A stretch of DNA of 64,000 bases from Sphaerochaetaceae bacterium (GTDB lineage: Bacteria > Spirochaetota > Spirochaetia > Sphaerochaetales > Sphaerochaetaceae), in contig JAEDOD010000001.1 of NCBI GenBank assembly GCA_016302165.1, positions 1,382 through 65,381 of the forward strand, written 5' to 3'. The position numbers and the translations under genes are program-made. Positions 19,419-28,352 of this stretch are shown piece after piece (positions within the stretch are counted from its first letter, which is position 1; each line of letters starts with the position of its first letter). Below the pieces are notes generated by a model, which did no database searches, was not told the origin of the DNA, and worked only from the letters and a program-made list of their open reading frames with translations.

Positions 19419-20431
19419 TGGAAAAGAAGAGAATACTTACAGGAGACAGACCTACAGGCCATCTTCATCTGGGCCACTACTGCGGTTCTCTTAGAAATAG
19501 GGTGGAGCTTCAGGATGACTATGAGGAGTTCATCCTCATTGCTGACGTACAGGCATTGACCACACATTTCGAGAGGCCTGAGCTCATCAATGACTCAATC
19601 TACCAGATCACTATGGATAACCTGGCTGTTGGCCTGGATCCGGAGAAGGTGACCTTCATCCAGCAGAGCGGAGTACCCTGCATCCATGAACTCACCATGT
19701 ATTATTCCATGATCACCACCTGTAATCATCTTCTCATCAATCCTACCATCAAGACAGAAGCCAGAAGCTATGGAATGCAGGATGAAGGCAGGGAGTATGA
19801 TTTCTCCAAGCTTACCTATGGCTTCTTAGGATATCCAATCTCCCAGACAGCTGATATCACCTTCTGTAACGCTGACCTGGTGCCAGTGGGAGAGGATCAG
19901 GTTCCTCACATCGAGTTCTCCCGTCGTCTGGTGAGAAAGTTCAATGAAATGTATGGAACAAGTATCAAGGAACCAGACTACAGGCTTGGTACCGTTTCCC
20001 GTCTCTGCGGCCTTGACGGCAACAGCAAAATGGGAAAGAGCCTTGGTAATGCCATCTATCTTTCAGATACTCCAGATGAAGTATGGAACAAGATCAGAAA
20101 TGCCAAGACAGATACTAATCGTATCAGCGTAAAGATCCCTGGAAATCCTGAAGTATGCTCTGTATACCAGTACCATAAGGCATTCAATAGTGAAGGCGTT
20201 GAGGAAGTATGCTCTGCATGCAAGAATGCCCAGATGGGATGTGTAGCCTGCAAGAAGCTTCTGAACGAAAAGATGAATGCAATCATGGATCCTATCAGAG
20301 AGAAAAGGCACTTCTATGAAGAGCACAAGGATATGGTCCGTGACATCATCAGCGAAGGAACAAAGAAGGCCAATGAGATTGGAAACAGGAACATCGCTGA
20401 AATAAAGGAAAAGATGCACGTAATCATCTGA
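19415..20431 (+). CDS. trpS: tryptophan--tRNA ligase
   Basis: TGDRPTGHLHLGHY (HIGH) and KMGKS (KMSKS) motifs are present. The ATGATG start overlaps the FmdB stop, so either 19415 or 19418 could be the start. Confidence 0.95.
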   Translation: MMEKKRILTGDRPTGHLHLGHYCGSLRNRVELQDDYEEFILIADVQALTTHFERPELINDSIYQITMDNLAVGLDPEKVTFIQQSGVPCIHELTMYYSMITTCNHLLINPTIKTEARSYGMQDEGREYDFSKLTYGFLGYPISQTADITFCNADLVPVGEDQVPHIEFSRRLVRKFNEMYGTSIKEPDYRLGTVSRLCGLDGNSKMGKSLGNAIYLSDTPDEVWNKIRNAKTDTNRISVKIPGNPEVCSVYQYHKAFNSEGVEEVCSACKNAQMGCVACKKLLNEKMNAIMDPIREKRHFYEEHKDMVRDIISEGTKKANEIGNRNIAEIKEKMHVII

Positions 20432-20438
20432 TTTTCAC

Positions 20439-20458
20439 GGCTCTCCTTCGGGAGGGCC
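20439..20458 (+). terminator. stable UUCG-loop hairpin downstream of trpS (terminator function uncertain)
   Basis: GGCTCTCC-TTCG-GGAGGGCC forms 8 bp including one G.U pair. No U-tract follows on either strand. Confidence 0.3.
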
Positions 20459-20674
20459 AAATATATCTATTCCCAGGGAACATTCTTCATTACTTGTCTT
20501 TTATAGGAGTCCACCCTTCGGGAGCATCACCTTCCTCAAACAGACTTATACGCAGAATTTTCCTGGATATTTTTTTGTATTTATCCTTTTTTCGTCCTAT
20601 AGACAAAGTGAAGACATAGTATTTCCTATCCAAGATTTGGGGGGGATGGAACGGGAGATACATATGTCTTCAGT

Positions 20675-20712
20675 AAATTCCAAAATTAATGGGCTGCTGG
20701 AGGTGACAGCCC
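20675..20712 (-). terminator. likely intrinsic terminator of the ABC/sugar operon
   Basis: The minus-strand RNA reads GGGCUGU-loop-GCAGCCC followed by AUUAAUUUUGGAAUUU. It begins 20 nt after the permease stop. Confidence 0.45.
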
Positions 20713-20731
20713 AAGCCCTGTCAGAGAGCCC

Positions 20732-22390
20732 TCAAAGCATGATCTCTCCATCTTTACTTATCTTATTGAAGATAAGAAGTGAGATTACAGTGAAGACAGT
20801 GACGATGGTAGCCAGGGCACAGGCTCTTCCATCTGTTCCATTTCCTACAGCCTTGTATACAGCAACATTAAGGGTCTGAGTCCTGAAGGAGTAGAGGAGA
20901 AGTGAAGATGAGAGCTCTGTAATGAGAGTTACCCAGCTCATGACAGCTCCTGCAAAGACTCCGCTGAACATCATAGGCAGTGTTACCTTCAGAAGGGTCT
21001 TGACCTTTCCAGCTCCCAGGGATTCTGCAGCTTCATCGATGGAAAGCGGAATCTGGGCAAGAATGGCCACAGAGGATCTGATGGTATAAGGAATTCTTCT
21101 TATACACATGGATACGATCATTATCGTTGCGGTTCCTACCAGTGGCAGTACAGGGTTGTTGAAGGCAAGGATCAATGAAATACCGACTACAGCTCCAGGA
21201 ATGATATAAGGGACCATAGAAAGGGTGTCGATACATGCATTGAGCACATTTCTTCTTCTCACAGTAAGATATGAGATCAGGACAGCAAGGGCTATGATGA
21301 GAATAAGTGCGGATCCACAGATGCGGATGGTGTTCCAGATAGTGTTGCCCATTCTATCAAATACATAGCGGTAGCTGTCTAAAGAGAAGCCTGGCTGGAA
21401 CACTTCTCCACCTGGGTTAGTCTTCCTGAAGGACAGATATATAAGGTAGACCTGAGGAAGAAGGGCTATGGCCACCAGGCCATAGGCATAGAGGTGGATA
21501 AGGATATTCATTACAGGTTTTGCCTTTGTGCGCTCGATGTGGTGCATTGCACTCATGGAGAAGCTGTTCCTGTTGGTCAGATATCTCTGGATCAGGAAGA
21601 ACCCCAGGGTGATGAGAATAGCCAGCACGGCGATGGCAGATGCAAAGTTATGGTTGGTCCCCACTTCTCCCACGTACTCGTTGTAGATGATTACTGGGAA
21701 GGTGGTATATCCTTCTCCGATCATAAGTGGAGTACCGAAGTCTGCAATGGCTCTCATGAACACCATGAGGGTTGCTGCAAGTATGGATGGCATACACAGG
21801 GGAAGAACCACCTTGAAGAATCTCTTTGCACCACTGATTCCCATGTTTGCAGAAGCCTCAAGAAGAGAGTTGTCTACATTCTTCATGGCTCCTGAAACAT
21901 AGAGGAACACCAGTGGAAAGAGCTTTAGTGACAGCACAAGGAGGATGCCGTTAAATCCATATATACTTGGAATTGTAATTCCAGTTATGGCCTTGATGAA
22001 TTTGGTTATGACTCCAGCTCTTCCAAGAAGCTTGACCCAGGCGTAGGCTCCGATGAACGGTGCAGACATTGATGAAAGGATGATCAGCATCTGCAGTGTC
22101 TTCCTTCCCTTGATCTCATACATGTTGTAGAGATAGGCAAGGGGGACACCAAGTATCAGAGACAGGACACAGGCGGCGATGGCTACCTTGAAGCTGTTTA
22201 TGAGAGTCCTGAAATAGTAGGGCTGGCTGAAGAACTTGATGAAGTAGCGCATGGTGAATTCACCAGTCTTTTCATCCAGTACAGACTGCCTGACGATCTT
22301 GAATAGAGGATAGACCATAAACAGCAGGTAAAGGCCAAGAATGACGAGGCTGGCAATTACCCAGAAATCAAATTTTCTCTTTTTCTTCAT
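20732..22390 (-). CDS. ABC transporter permease, fused two-domain (FbpB/AfuB/ThiP type)
   Basis: 552 aa, highly hydrophobic, with two tandem binding-protein-dependent transport domains. This architecture is typical of the Fe3+/thiamine/AEP/AfuABC importer group. Confidence 0.88.
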   Translation of the reverse strand: MKKKRKFDFWVIASLVILGLYLLFMVYPLFKIVRQSVLDEKTGEFTMRYFIKFFSQPYYFRTLINSFKVAIAACVLSLILGVPLAYLYNMYEIKGRKTLQMLIILSSMSAPFIGAYAWVKLLGRAGVITKFIKAITGITIPSIYGFNGILLVLSLKLFPLVFLYVSGAMKNVDNSLLEASANMGISGAKRFFKVVLPLCMPSILAATLMVFMRAIADFGTPLMIGEGYTTFPVIIYNEYVGEVGTNHNFASAIAVLAILITLGFFLIQRYLTNRNSFSMSAMHHIERTKAKPVMNILIHLYAYGLVAIALLPQVYLIYLSFRKTNPGGEVFQPGFSLDSYRYVFDRMGNTIWNTIRICGSALILIIALAVLISYLTVRRRNVLNACIDTLSMVPYIIPGAVVGISLILAFNNPVLPLVGTATIMIVSMCIRRIPYTIRSSVAILAQIPLSIDEAAESLGAGKVKTLLKVTLPMMFSGVFAGAVMSWVTLITELSSSLLLYSFRTQTLNVAVYKAVGNGTDGRACALATIVTVFTVISLLIFNKISKDGEIML

Positions 22391-22397
22391 TCTTTCC

Positions 22398-23495
22398 TCA
22401 CTTTACCAAGGATACTTCTCCATCCTCAGAGAATACGTTGATCTTCTCAGCCTTCAGGGAGAGCTCGATTTGAGTTCCGTTCTCAATGATGTCATCAATC
22501 ATGGATTCCTGGATGATCTCTGCCCTGAAGCCACCATCTATCTCCACGATGTAGTGGGTGTTGAGACCAAGGAAGGTGCTGTATTCAACCTTTCCTGGAA
22601 GGAACTGGTTATCTTTGTTGTCTCCAACCCTTTCGATGACCAGTTCTTCAGGTCTCACTGATACCAGTACATCCTGTCCATCCTGGACGGAGGTGAGATT
22701 CTTCATTTCAAGTCTATATCCTGAAGGGAAGGAAAGGCCTTTCTTTCCATCCTTCACCCAAATCTTCGCTTTCATAAGGTTCGTGCGTCCGATGAAGGTT
22801 GCGACGAAGCTGTTAGCAGGCCTCTGGTAGAGAGCCTTTGGAGTGCCGATCTGCTGTATTACTCCCTGGTTCATGACAGCAATTCTGTCGGAGATGGCCA
22901 TAGCCTCCTCCTGGTCGTGGGTTACATATACAGTAGTGATTCCAAGTCTGTTCTGGATCTCCTTGATTACAGTCCTCATCTCAACCCTGAGCTTGGCGTC
23001 AAGGTTACTCAGAGGCTCATCCATCAACAGGACTTCCGGCTCTATTGCCAGGGCTCTAGCCAGTGCAACTCTCTGCTGCTGGCCGCCTGAGAGCTTCTCA
23101 GGAAGTCTGTCGGCATATTCGCTGATCTTCATGAGATTCATGAACTTATCTGTCTTCTCCTTGATCTCCTCCTTAGGAAGCTTCCTGTTCTGGAGACCGA
23201 AGGCTACGTTCTTCCTTACTGTAAGGTGAGGGAAGATTGCATAGTTCTGGAATACCATTCCGATATTCCTTTTTGCTGGGTCCAGGTCATTGATCAGCCT
23301 TTCCCCGAAGTAGAATTCACCGCCCTCTATGGTATTGAAACCGGCGATCATCCTCAGCAGAGTCGTCTTTCCGCAGCCTGAAGGTCCGAGAAGAGTGAAG
23401 AACTCGCCTGGTTTGATTTCCAGAGAAAGGTCTGGAATAGCTGTAAAGCTGCCATATTTCTTTAATGCGTGATTAATGGTGATTTTAATGCTCAT
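22398..23495 (-). CDS. ABC transporter ATP-binding protein (PotA/FbpC/AfuC type with C-terminal regulatory domain)
   Basis: Walker A GPSGCGKTT, signature LSGGQQQRVALARAL and Walker B LLMDEP, plus a C-terminal TOBE-like extension. Confidence 0.93.
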   Translation of the reverse strand: MSIKITINHALKKYGSFTAIPDLSLEIKPGEFFTLLGPSGCGKTTLLRMIAGFNTIEGGEFYFGERLINDLDPAKRNIGMVFQNYAIFPHLTVRKNVAFGLQNRKLPKEEIKEKTDKFMNLMKISEYADRLPEKLSGGQQQRVALARALAIEPEVLLMDEPLSNLDAKLRVEMRTVIKEIQNRLGITTVYVTHDQEEAMAISDRIAVMNQGVIQQIGTPKALYQRPANSFVATFIGRTNLMKAKIWVKDGKKGLSFPSGYRLEMKNLTSVQDGQDVLVSVRPEELVIERVGDNKDNQFLPGKVEYSTFLGLNTHYIVEIDGGFRAEIIQESMIDDIIENGTQIELSLKAEKINVFSEDGEVSLVK

Positions 23496-23572
23496 TTTTA
23501 TTCAACTCCGCTTGGTTTTCTAATGTTCGTGGCCCCGAAAACGAGGCCACGAATGGATCTTGGTCTTCGTCC

Positions 23573-24619
23573 TTAGTTCTTTCCGTACTGTGCCCAGTAT
23601 GTGTTCCACTTGTCACAGATTTCAGCCTTGTGAGCTGCCAGAGCCTCAGTGTCTGCAACCTTTACGTTGATGGTGTCAAGGTCAACCATAGTTGAGCTGC
23701 CGCCTTCCAGCTTTGTTGTTGTAGCTGGTCTAGCTGCTGCATCAAGATATGTCTGCTGTCCAGCATCTGACTGGAGGAAGTCCATGAAGAGCTTGGCGTT
23801 CTCAAGGTTCTTTGCTCCCTTGATGATTGCAGAAGCGAATCCTACGCTTGTTGTTCCTTCTTCCCAGAATACCATGTGAGCAGATGTGTCGCCGCCATCG
23901 ATGATCTTTACAACCTGTGGCTCATATGAGAGACCTACTGCGTATTCACCAGAGAATGTAGACTTTGCAGGGATGGAGGAGGAGCTTACTACTACCAGTC
24001 CGTTCTGCATAAGCTTAGCGATGTAGTCCCAAGCCTCTGGGCTGTCCCAGCCGCCAAAGTCTGTAAGGAGACACTGGAGGTTGTTCCATGCGGAGGAAGA
24101 GGCTGTTGGGTTTGCTGTTACGACTCTGCCGTAGAGTTTTGGATCAAGAAGGGATTTCCATCCTGTAACCTTGATTCCAAGCTCTGCTTCCTGTGCATCG
24201 TTGACAACCAGACATGGAATCTGGATATCGTGGAAAGTAAGCTTACCGGAAGTGTTGGAATATCCTTCCTGCATCTTGGCGTCGTTTACGCTGACATATT
24301 CTTCGAAATACTGTCCATAGGCTTCAAGGTCAGCATACTGAAGACCGCCGAACATGGCGTCAGCCTGAGGATTTGCAGCTTCTGCCTGGATTCTTGCCTT
24401 GCAGTCTCCTGCTCCACCATAGGTTGAGTAGACCTTGATGTTTGGATAAAGTTCATTGAACTTGCCGATTGTGATGTCATAGTGTGCATCCTTTACTGTT
24501 GTGTAGAGGATAAGTTCTCCTGAAGGCTCATTGGAGGCTGCGGCTTCCTGAGCGCCCTGAGCGAAGAGGGCAGACATTGCCATCAGAACGATACACATGA
24601 TAACCAGTGTCTTTTTCAT
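23573..24619 (-). CDS. ABC transporter periplasmic substrate-binding protein (Fe3+/AfuA-like cluster)
   Basis: A signal peptide (MKKTLVIMCIVLMAMSALFA) precedes a mature protein of about 325 aa that resembles the FbpA/AfuA/PotD-like SBP class. The ligand cannot be read from the sequence. Confidence 0.8.
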   Translation of the reverse strand: MKKTLVIMCIVLMAMSALFAQGAQEAAASNEPSGELILYTTVKDAHYDITIGKFNELYPNIKVYSTYGGAGDCKARIQAEAANPQADAMFGGLQYADLEAYGQYFEEYVSVNDAKMQEGYSNTSGKLTFHDIQIPCLVVNDAQEAELGIKVTGWKSLLDPKLYGRVVTANPTASSSAWNNLQCLLTDFGGWDSPEAWDYIAKLMQNGLVVVSSSSIPAKSTFSGEYAVGLSYEPQVVKIIDGGDTSAHMVFWEEGTTSVGFASAIIKGAKNLENAKLFMDFLQSDAGQQTYLDAAARPATTTKLEGGSSTMVDLDTINVKVADTEALAAHKAEICDKWNTYWAQYGKN

Positions 24620-25548
24620 ATAGTTTCTCCTTTTTGCTGTTTCCAGCTGTTTTCCAAAAATTCAGTTACCCTTTCCCAGGTGGGTATTCCCTTTCTTCCG
24701 CCTTTTTCCGTTGCCTTCAGGGCAGAAGCAGCTGAAGCGAAGAAGATGGCCTCCTCGGTGTCCTTTCCCTTGAGAAGGGCTGAGAGAAAGGCACCGTGGA
24801 ACACATCTCCACACCCTGTGGTGTCTACCACCGGCAGGGAAGTGAAGGCTGGGTATGCTTTGACCACTCCGTCCACCACAGCCAAGGACCCTTTTTCACC
24901 AAGAGTGGCTATCACTATCTTCGGCCCCCAGGTTGCCATTTCAAGAAGGGCCTCCTCGTAGCTTTCCTTTCCGCTGACCCGAAGTGGATACTTCCGGTTC
25001 ATGATAAGAATGTCGGAAGAGGAAGCTAGAATCCTGTTCTTTTCATTATCCTTCTGCATGGAGCAGCCGTCCAGTGAGACGGTGACCCCATGTCGCTTTG
25101 CAATCTCAGCGGCCTTTACTGCGTTTTCCCACCCTGTTCCGTCAAGGTGAAGCACATCGGCTGAAGCGATCTCCTTCTCCAGAGCTTCATTCCATTCTAT
25201 AGGAGGATTGGTGTCTCTCTCTGGAAACTTTGTCCTGGAGCCGTTTTCCCTGTTCACCATTACAAAGGACTCCAGGCCATGTGCATCCTTCCGTCTCATG
25301 AGACAGGAAGTATCCACCCCGTCACTGTGGAAAAGCTCTTCGATCTGGTCTGTAACTCTATCGAAGCCTCCATTTCCTATGAAGGAGGAGGGGACTCCAA
25401 GACGGGAAAGAGCCACAAGGGCAGTAGCCACAGCTCCACCTCCCTGAATGGAAATGGATGTGATGTGTGTGGAATCATCTTCCCTGGGATAGTTCTCCAC
25501 AGTGCAGATTCTGTCCAGACAGCTGTGTCCTACTCCTACAGCCTTCAT
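24616..25548 (-). CDS. PfkB-family carbohydrate (phospho)sugar kinase
   Basis: GGGAVATA near the N-terminus and the C-terminal TTGCGDVFHGAF motif (PfkB signature 2). The start is ATG 25548 with an AAGGAGAGG SD. The ORF-track upstream extension overlaps the transketolase gene. Confidence 0.88.
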   Translation of the reverse strand: MKAVGVGHSCLDRICTVENYPREDDSTHITSISIQGGGAVATALVALSRLGVPSSFIGNGGFDRVTDQIEELFHSDGVDTSCLMRRKDAHGLESFVMVNRENGSRTKFPERDTNPPIEWNEALEKEIASADVLHLDGTGWENAVKAAEIAKRHGVTVSLDGCSMQKDNEKNRILASSSDILIMNRKYPLRVSGKESYEEALLEMATWGPKIVIATLGEKGSLAVVDGVVKAYPAFTSLPVVDTTGCGDVFHGAFLSALLKGKDTEEAIFFASAASALKATEKGGRKGIPTWERVTEFLENSWKQQKGETI

Positions 25549-25549
25549 T

Positions 25550-26488
25550 TCACCTCTCCTTAAGCTCCATTGCCTTCCTGACAATGTTCTCCACAGTAAT
25601 ACCGTAAGCCTCCAACAGCTCCCCGGTCTCTCCAGACTGACCGAATCTGTCTTCAATGGCTATATGGGAGAATCTGATACCGTCACATTCAACTAAAGCT
25701 GCTGCTGTGGCTTCTGTCAGTCCTCCTATTACATTGGCCTCTTCCAGGACCAATACTTTTCTTCCGCTCTTCTCCACTTCCCTGATGATTCCTTCCTTAT
25801 CGAAAGGCTTCAGAGTGTGGACATTGATGAGGGAAGCGTCGATTCCATTCCTTTCCAGCTCCTCCAGTGCCCTATGGGCAAGAATGGTCATCATTCCTGT
25901 GGCCACTATGGCCATGTCTTTTCCTTCCTTCAAAATCTGGATCTTTCCAGGAATTATTTCGTCCTCTTCTTCCGTTATGTTCTCCACAGGCTCACGGGAA
26001 GTCCTGAGATAGACAGGTCCCTTGATGTCATACATGACACGTGCCATCTTCTTCGCCTGGTTTGCATCACAGGGCTGAAGCACAACCATTCCAGGAATGG
26101 AGCGCATTGCTGCAATGTCCTCCACAGCCTGATGGGTTCCTCCGTCTCCTGCTGCAGTGATTCCTCCATGGCTTCCGATTACCTTGACGTTAAGGTGAGG
26201 GTAGGCCACAGCGTTCCTGATGATTTCGTATGCTCTTCCACAGGCGAATACAGCCATGGAGGAGCAGAAGGGAGTGAGGCCTGTGCGGGAGAGTCCTGCA
26301 GCCACTCCAATCATATTCTGCTCAGCAATCCCCACATCGATGTATCTTTCAGGAAAAGCCTTCTGGAATGCCACAGAGCCAGTGGTCTTGGCCAGGTCTG
26401 CGTCAAGGGCATAGATATCCTCCTTCTCCTTGGCCAGCTCACATAGGCCCTGGTAGAAGCCAAATCTGGTTGCTGCCTTATCACCCAT
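25550..26488 (-). CDS. transketolase, C-terminal (pyrimidine-binding) subunit
   Basis: The sequence matches the Pyr plus C-terminal domains of split transketolases. The start at 26488 (MGDKAATRF) overlaps the stop of the N-terminal subunit gene. Confidence 0.9.
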   Translation of the reverse strand: MGDKAATRFGFYQGLCELAKEKEDIYALDADLAKTTGSVAFQKAFPERYIDVGIAEQNMIGVAAGLSRTGLTPFCSSMAVFACGRAYEIIRNAVAYPHLNVKVIGSHGGITAAGDGGTHQAVEDIAAMRSIPGMVVLQPCDANQAKKMARVMYDIKGPVYLRTSREPVENITEEEDEIIPGKIQILKEGKDMAIVATGMMTILAHRALEELERNGIDASLINVHTLKPFDKEGIIREVEKSGRKVLVLEEANVIGGLTEATAAALVECDGIRFSHIAIEDRFGQSGETGELLEAYGITVENIVRKAMELKER

Positions 26489-27299
26489 TTCTTCTACCTC
26501 CCAATTCCTTATAGGCCAGATCAGCCTGTTCTTTATTTGGCAGGGCTCCATGCCACTCCACTCTGTTCTCCATGAAGGAGACTCCCTTTCCCTTTACAGT
26601 GTCAGCGATTATCACTTTGGGCTTTCCCTGGCTGTCTTTATCCAGGGCTGAGAAGATATCACTGAAACAGTGGCCGTCAATTTCAGATACGCTGAGATTG
26701 AAGCTTCTCATCTTTGCTCCCAGGTCATCCAGACCATTGGTCTTTTCTGTGGGAGCGCTAAGCTGGAGATGGTTCCTGTCTACAATTACAGTAAGATTAT
26801 CCAGGGCGGAAGAGGAAGCGAACATCAAGGCCTCCCAGCATATTCCTTCCTGCAGCTCACCGTCTCCAGTCACGACATAGACCATTCCCTTTCTTCCCTG
26901 TTTCTTCAGGCCCAGGGCCATTCCCACTCCCACGCTTAATCCCTGTCCTAGGGATCCTGTGCTGCAGTCAAGGCATGGACACTTGAGGGAATCCGGATGG
27001 CCCTGAAGAGGGCTTCCCAGTCTTCTTAGTGTGTCCTTCTCCTTTTCATCTATCCAGCCTATATCTATGAGTACTGAATAGAGAATTGGATTTGCATGGC
27101 CCTTGGATAGGATGAATCTATCCCTGTCCCTGTCCTCAGGACCATCGCCCAGGTTCATCTTTCCATAGAAGAGAGCTGTAATGAGCTCGGCGATGGAGAA
27201 TGAACCGCCAATATGGCCTGAGCCTGCCTTCAGGATCATGTCCAGGGTGTTGAGTCTAAGAGTTCTAGCCTTTTCGGCAAGAATGGAATAATCTCTCAT
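26481..27299 (-). CDS. transketolase, N-terminal (TPP-binding) subunit
   Basis: GSGHIGGSFS, the GDG...E TPP-binding motif (VVTGDGELQEG) and length 272 aa, typical of a split TK N-subunit. Confidence 0.9.
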   Translation of the reverse strand: MRDYSILAEKARTLRLNTLDMILKAGSGHIGGSFSIAELITALFYGKMNLGDGPEDRDRDRFILSKGHANPILYSVLIDIGWIDEKEKDTLRRLGSPLQGHPDSLKCPCLDCSTGSLGQGLSVGVGMALGLKKQGRKGMVYVVTGDGELQEGICWEALMFASSSALDNLTVIVDRNHLQLSAPTEKTNGLDDLGAKMRSFNLSVSEIDGHCFSDIFSALDKDSQGKPKVIIADTVKGKGVSFMENRVEWHGALPNKEQADLAYKELGGRRNG

Positions 27300-27303
27300 T
27301 TTA

Positions 27304-28173
27304 TCACGCCTTTCCTACGCTTCCAAAGAGCTCCATCTTCTTTATACACATAGCTTTGGTAGCTTCCAGTCCTGGAGCGAGTACAGCTCTTGGAGTGAAG
27401 CCCTTGCTTTCCTTGTCTTTTCCATCTTCAAAGTACTTTCTTGTGGCTTCTGTAAAGGCAATCTGGCACTCTGTGTTTACATTGATCTTGCTGACTCCAA
27501 GGCTGATTGCCTTTCTGATCTGGTCAGCAGGAATACAGGATCCGCCGTGAAGAACCAGAGGAAGATCACCGATTTTCTCCTTGATCTCTCCCAAAAGGTC
27601 GAAGTGGAGGCCTTCCCAGTCTGCTGGATACTTACCATGGATATTGCCGATGCCTGCTGCAAGGAAGTCGATGCCAAGGTCAGCAATCATTCTGCATTCA
27701 TTTGGATCAGCACACTCTCCTCTGGAGATTCTGCCGTCCTCTTCGCCTCCGATGCCTCCGACTTCAGCTTCTACGCTGATGCCTTTTGCATGGGCTAGTT
27801 TAACGATTTCCTTAGTCTTGGCGATATTTTCTTCAATAGGATAGGAGGAACCGTCAAACATGACTGAGGAGAAGCCGTTCTCAATGGCATCCAGAGCTTC
27901 ATTGTACTTGCCGTGGTCCACATGGAGGGCTACAGGAACAGTAATCTTCAAAAAGTCCATGAAGTCCTGGACCATATGGCTGATGGTTCTGTATCCACCC
28001 ATGTACTTGGCTGTTCCTCCACTTACTCCCAGGATAATGGGAGAGCGCATCTCTTCAGCTGCAAGAAGGAAAGCCCTGACGCTTTCCATATTATTCAAGT
28101 TAAAGTGACCCACAGCATAGTGGCCCCTTACTGCTGCATCCAACATCTCTTTAGCGGAAACGAGTTTCATTTG
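27304..28173 (-). CDS. class II ketose-1,6-bisphosphate aldolase (FBA/tagatose-bisphosphate aldolase family)
   Basis: GHFNLNN, LHVDHG, VEAEVG, IGNIHG and VLHGGS motifs of class II aldolases. The start is ATG 28173 (MKLVSAKEML). Confidence 0.88.
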   Translation of the reverse strand, partial: QMKLVSAKEMLDAAVRGHYAVGHFNLNNMESVRAFLLAAEEMRSPIILGVSGGTAKYMGGYRTISHMVQDFMDFLKITVPVALHVDHGKYNEALDAIENGFSSVMFDGSSYPIEENIAKTKEIVKLAHAKGISVEAEVGGIGGEEDGRISRGECADPNECRMIADLGIDFLAAGIGNIHGKYPADWEGLHFDLLGEIKEKIGDLPLVLHGGSCIPADQIRKAISLGVSKINVNTECQIAFTEATRKYFEDGKDKESKGFTPRAVLAPGLEATKAMCIKKMELFGSVGKA

Positions 28174-28251
28174 TAACAATACTCCTAACAATCAGATAAT
28201 ACGGCAAGATTATTGATACGTAAAGAAAAATTTTGAAAGAATTTTATGAGA

Positions 28252-28312
28252 TTCTGCAAAGGTTTTGCAGAAAATTGAAAAGTTTTATTAAATCTTGCAA
28301 AAATTCTGTAAA
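28252..28312. promoter_or_regulatory. four-copy 9-mer repeat, candidate DeoR operator array in a divergent control region
   Basis: TTCTGCAAA (28252), TTTTGCAGA (28263), TCTTGCAAA (28293) and TTCTGTAAA (28304). Spacing is 11 bp within each pair and 41 bp between pairs. The first pair also forms the inverted repeat TCTGCAAA-GGT-TTTGCAGA. Confidence 0.4.
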
Positions 28313-28352
28313 AATCCTTGTGTTATCACTGTTTTTCCAGGAAAATATATGC

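Noticed and set aside
20637-20879. 80-aa plus-strand ORF with a GGGAG-N7-ATG internal start at 20664
   Set aside because: About 150 nt run antisense into the ABC permease gene, and the ORF crosses the operon terminator hairpin. It is most likely fortuitous.
25549-25656. 36-codon N-terminal extension of the PfkB kinase ORF
   Set aside because: It overlaps the transketolase C-subunit coding region. A perfect SD plus ATG at 25548 gives a canonical PfkB N-terminus.
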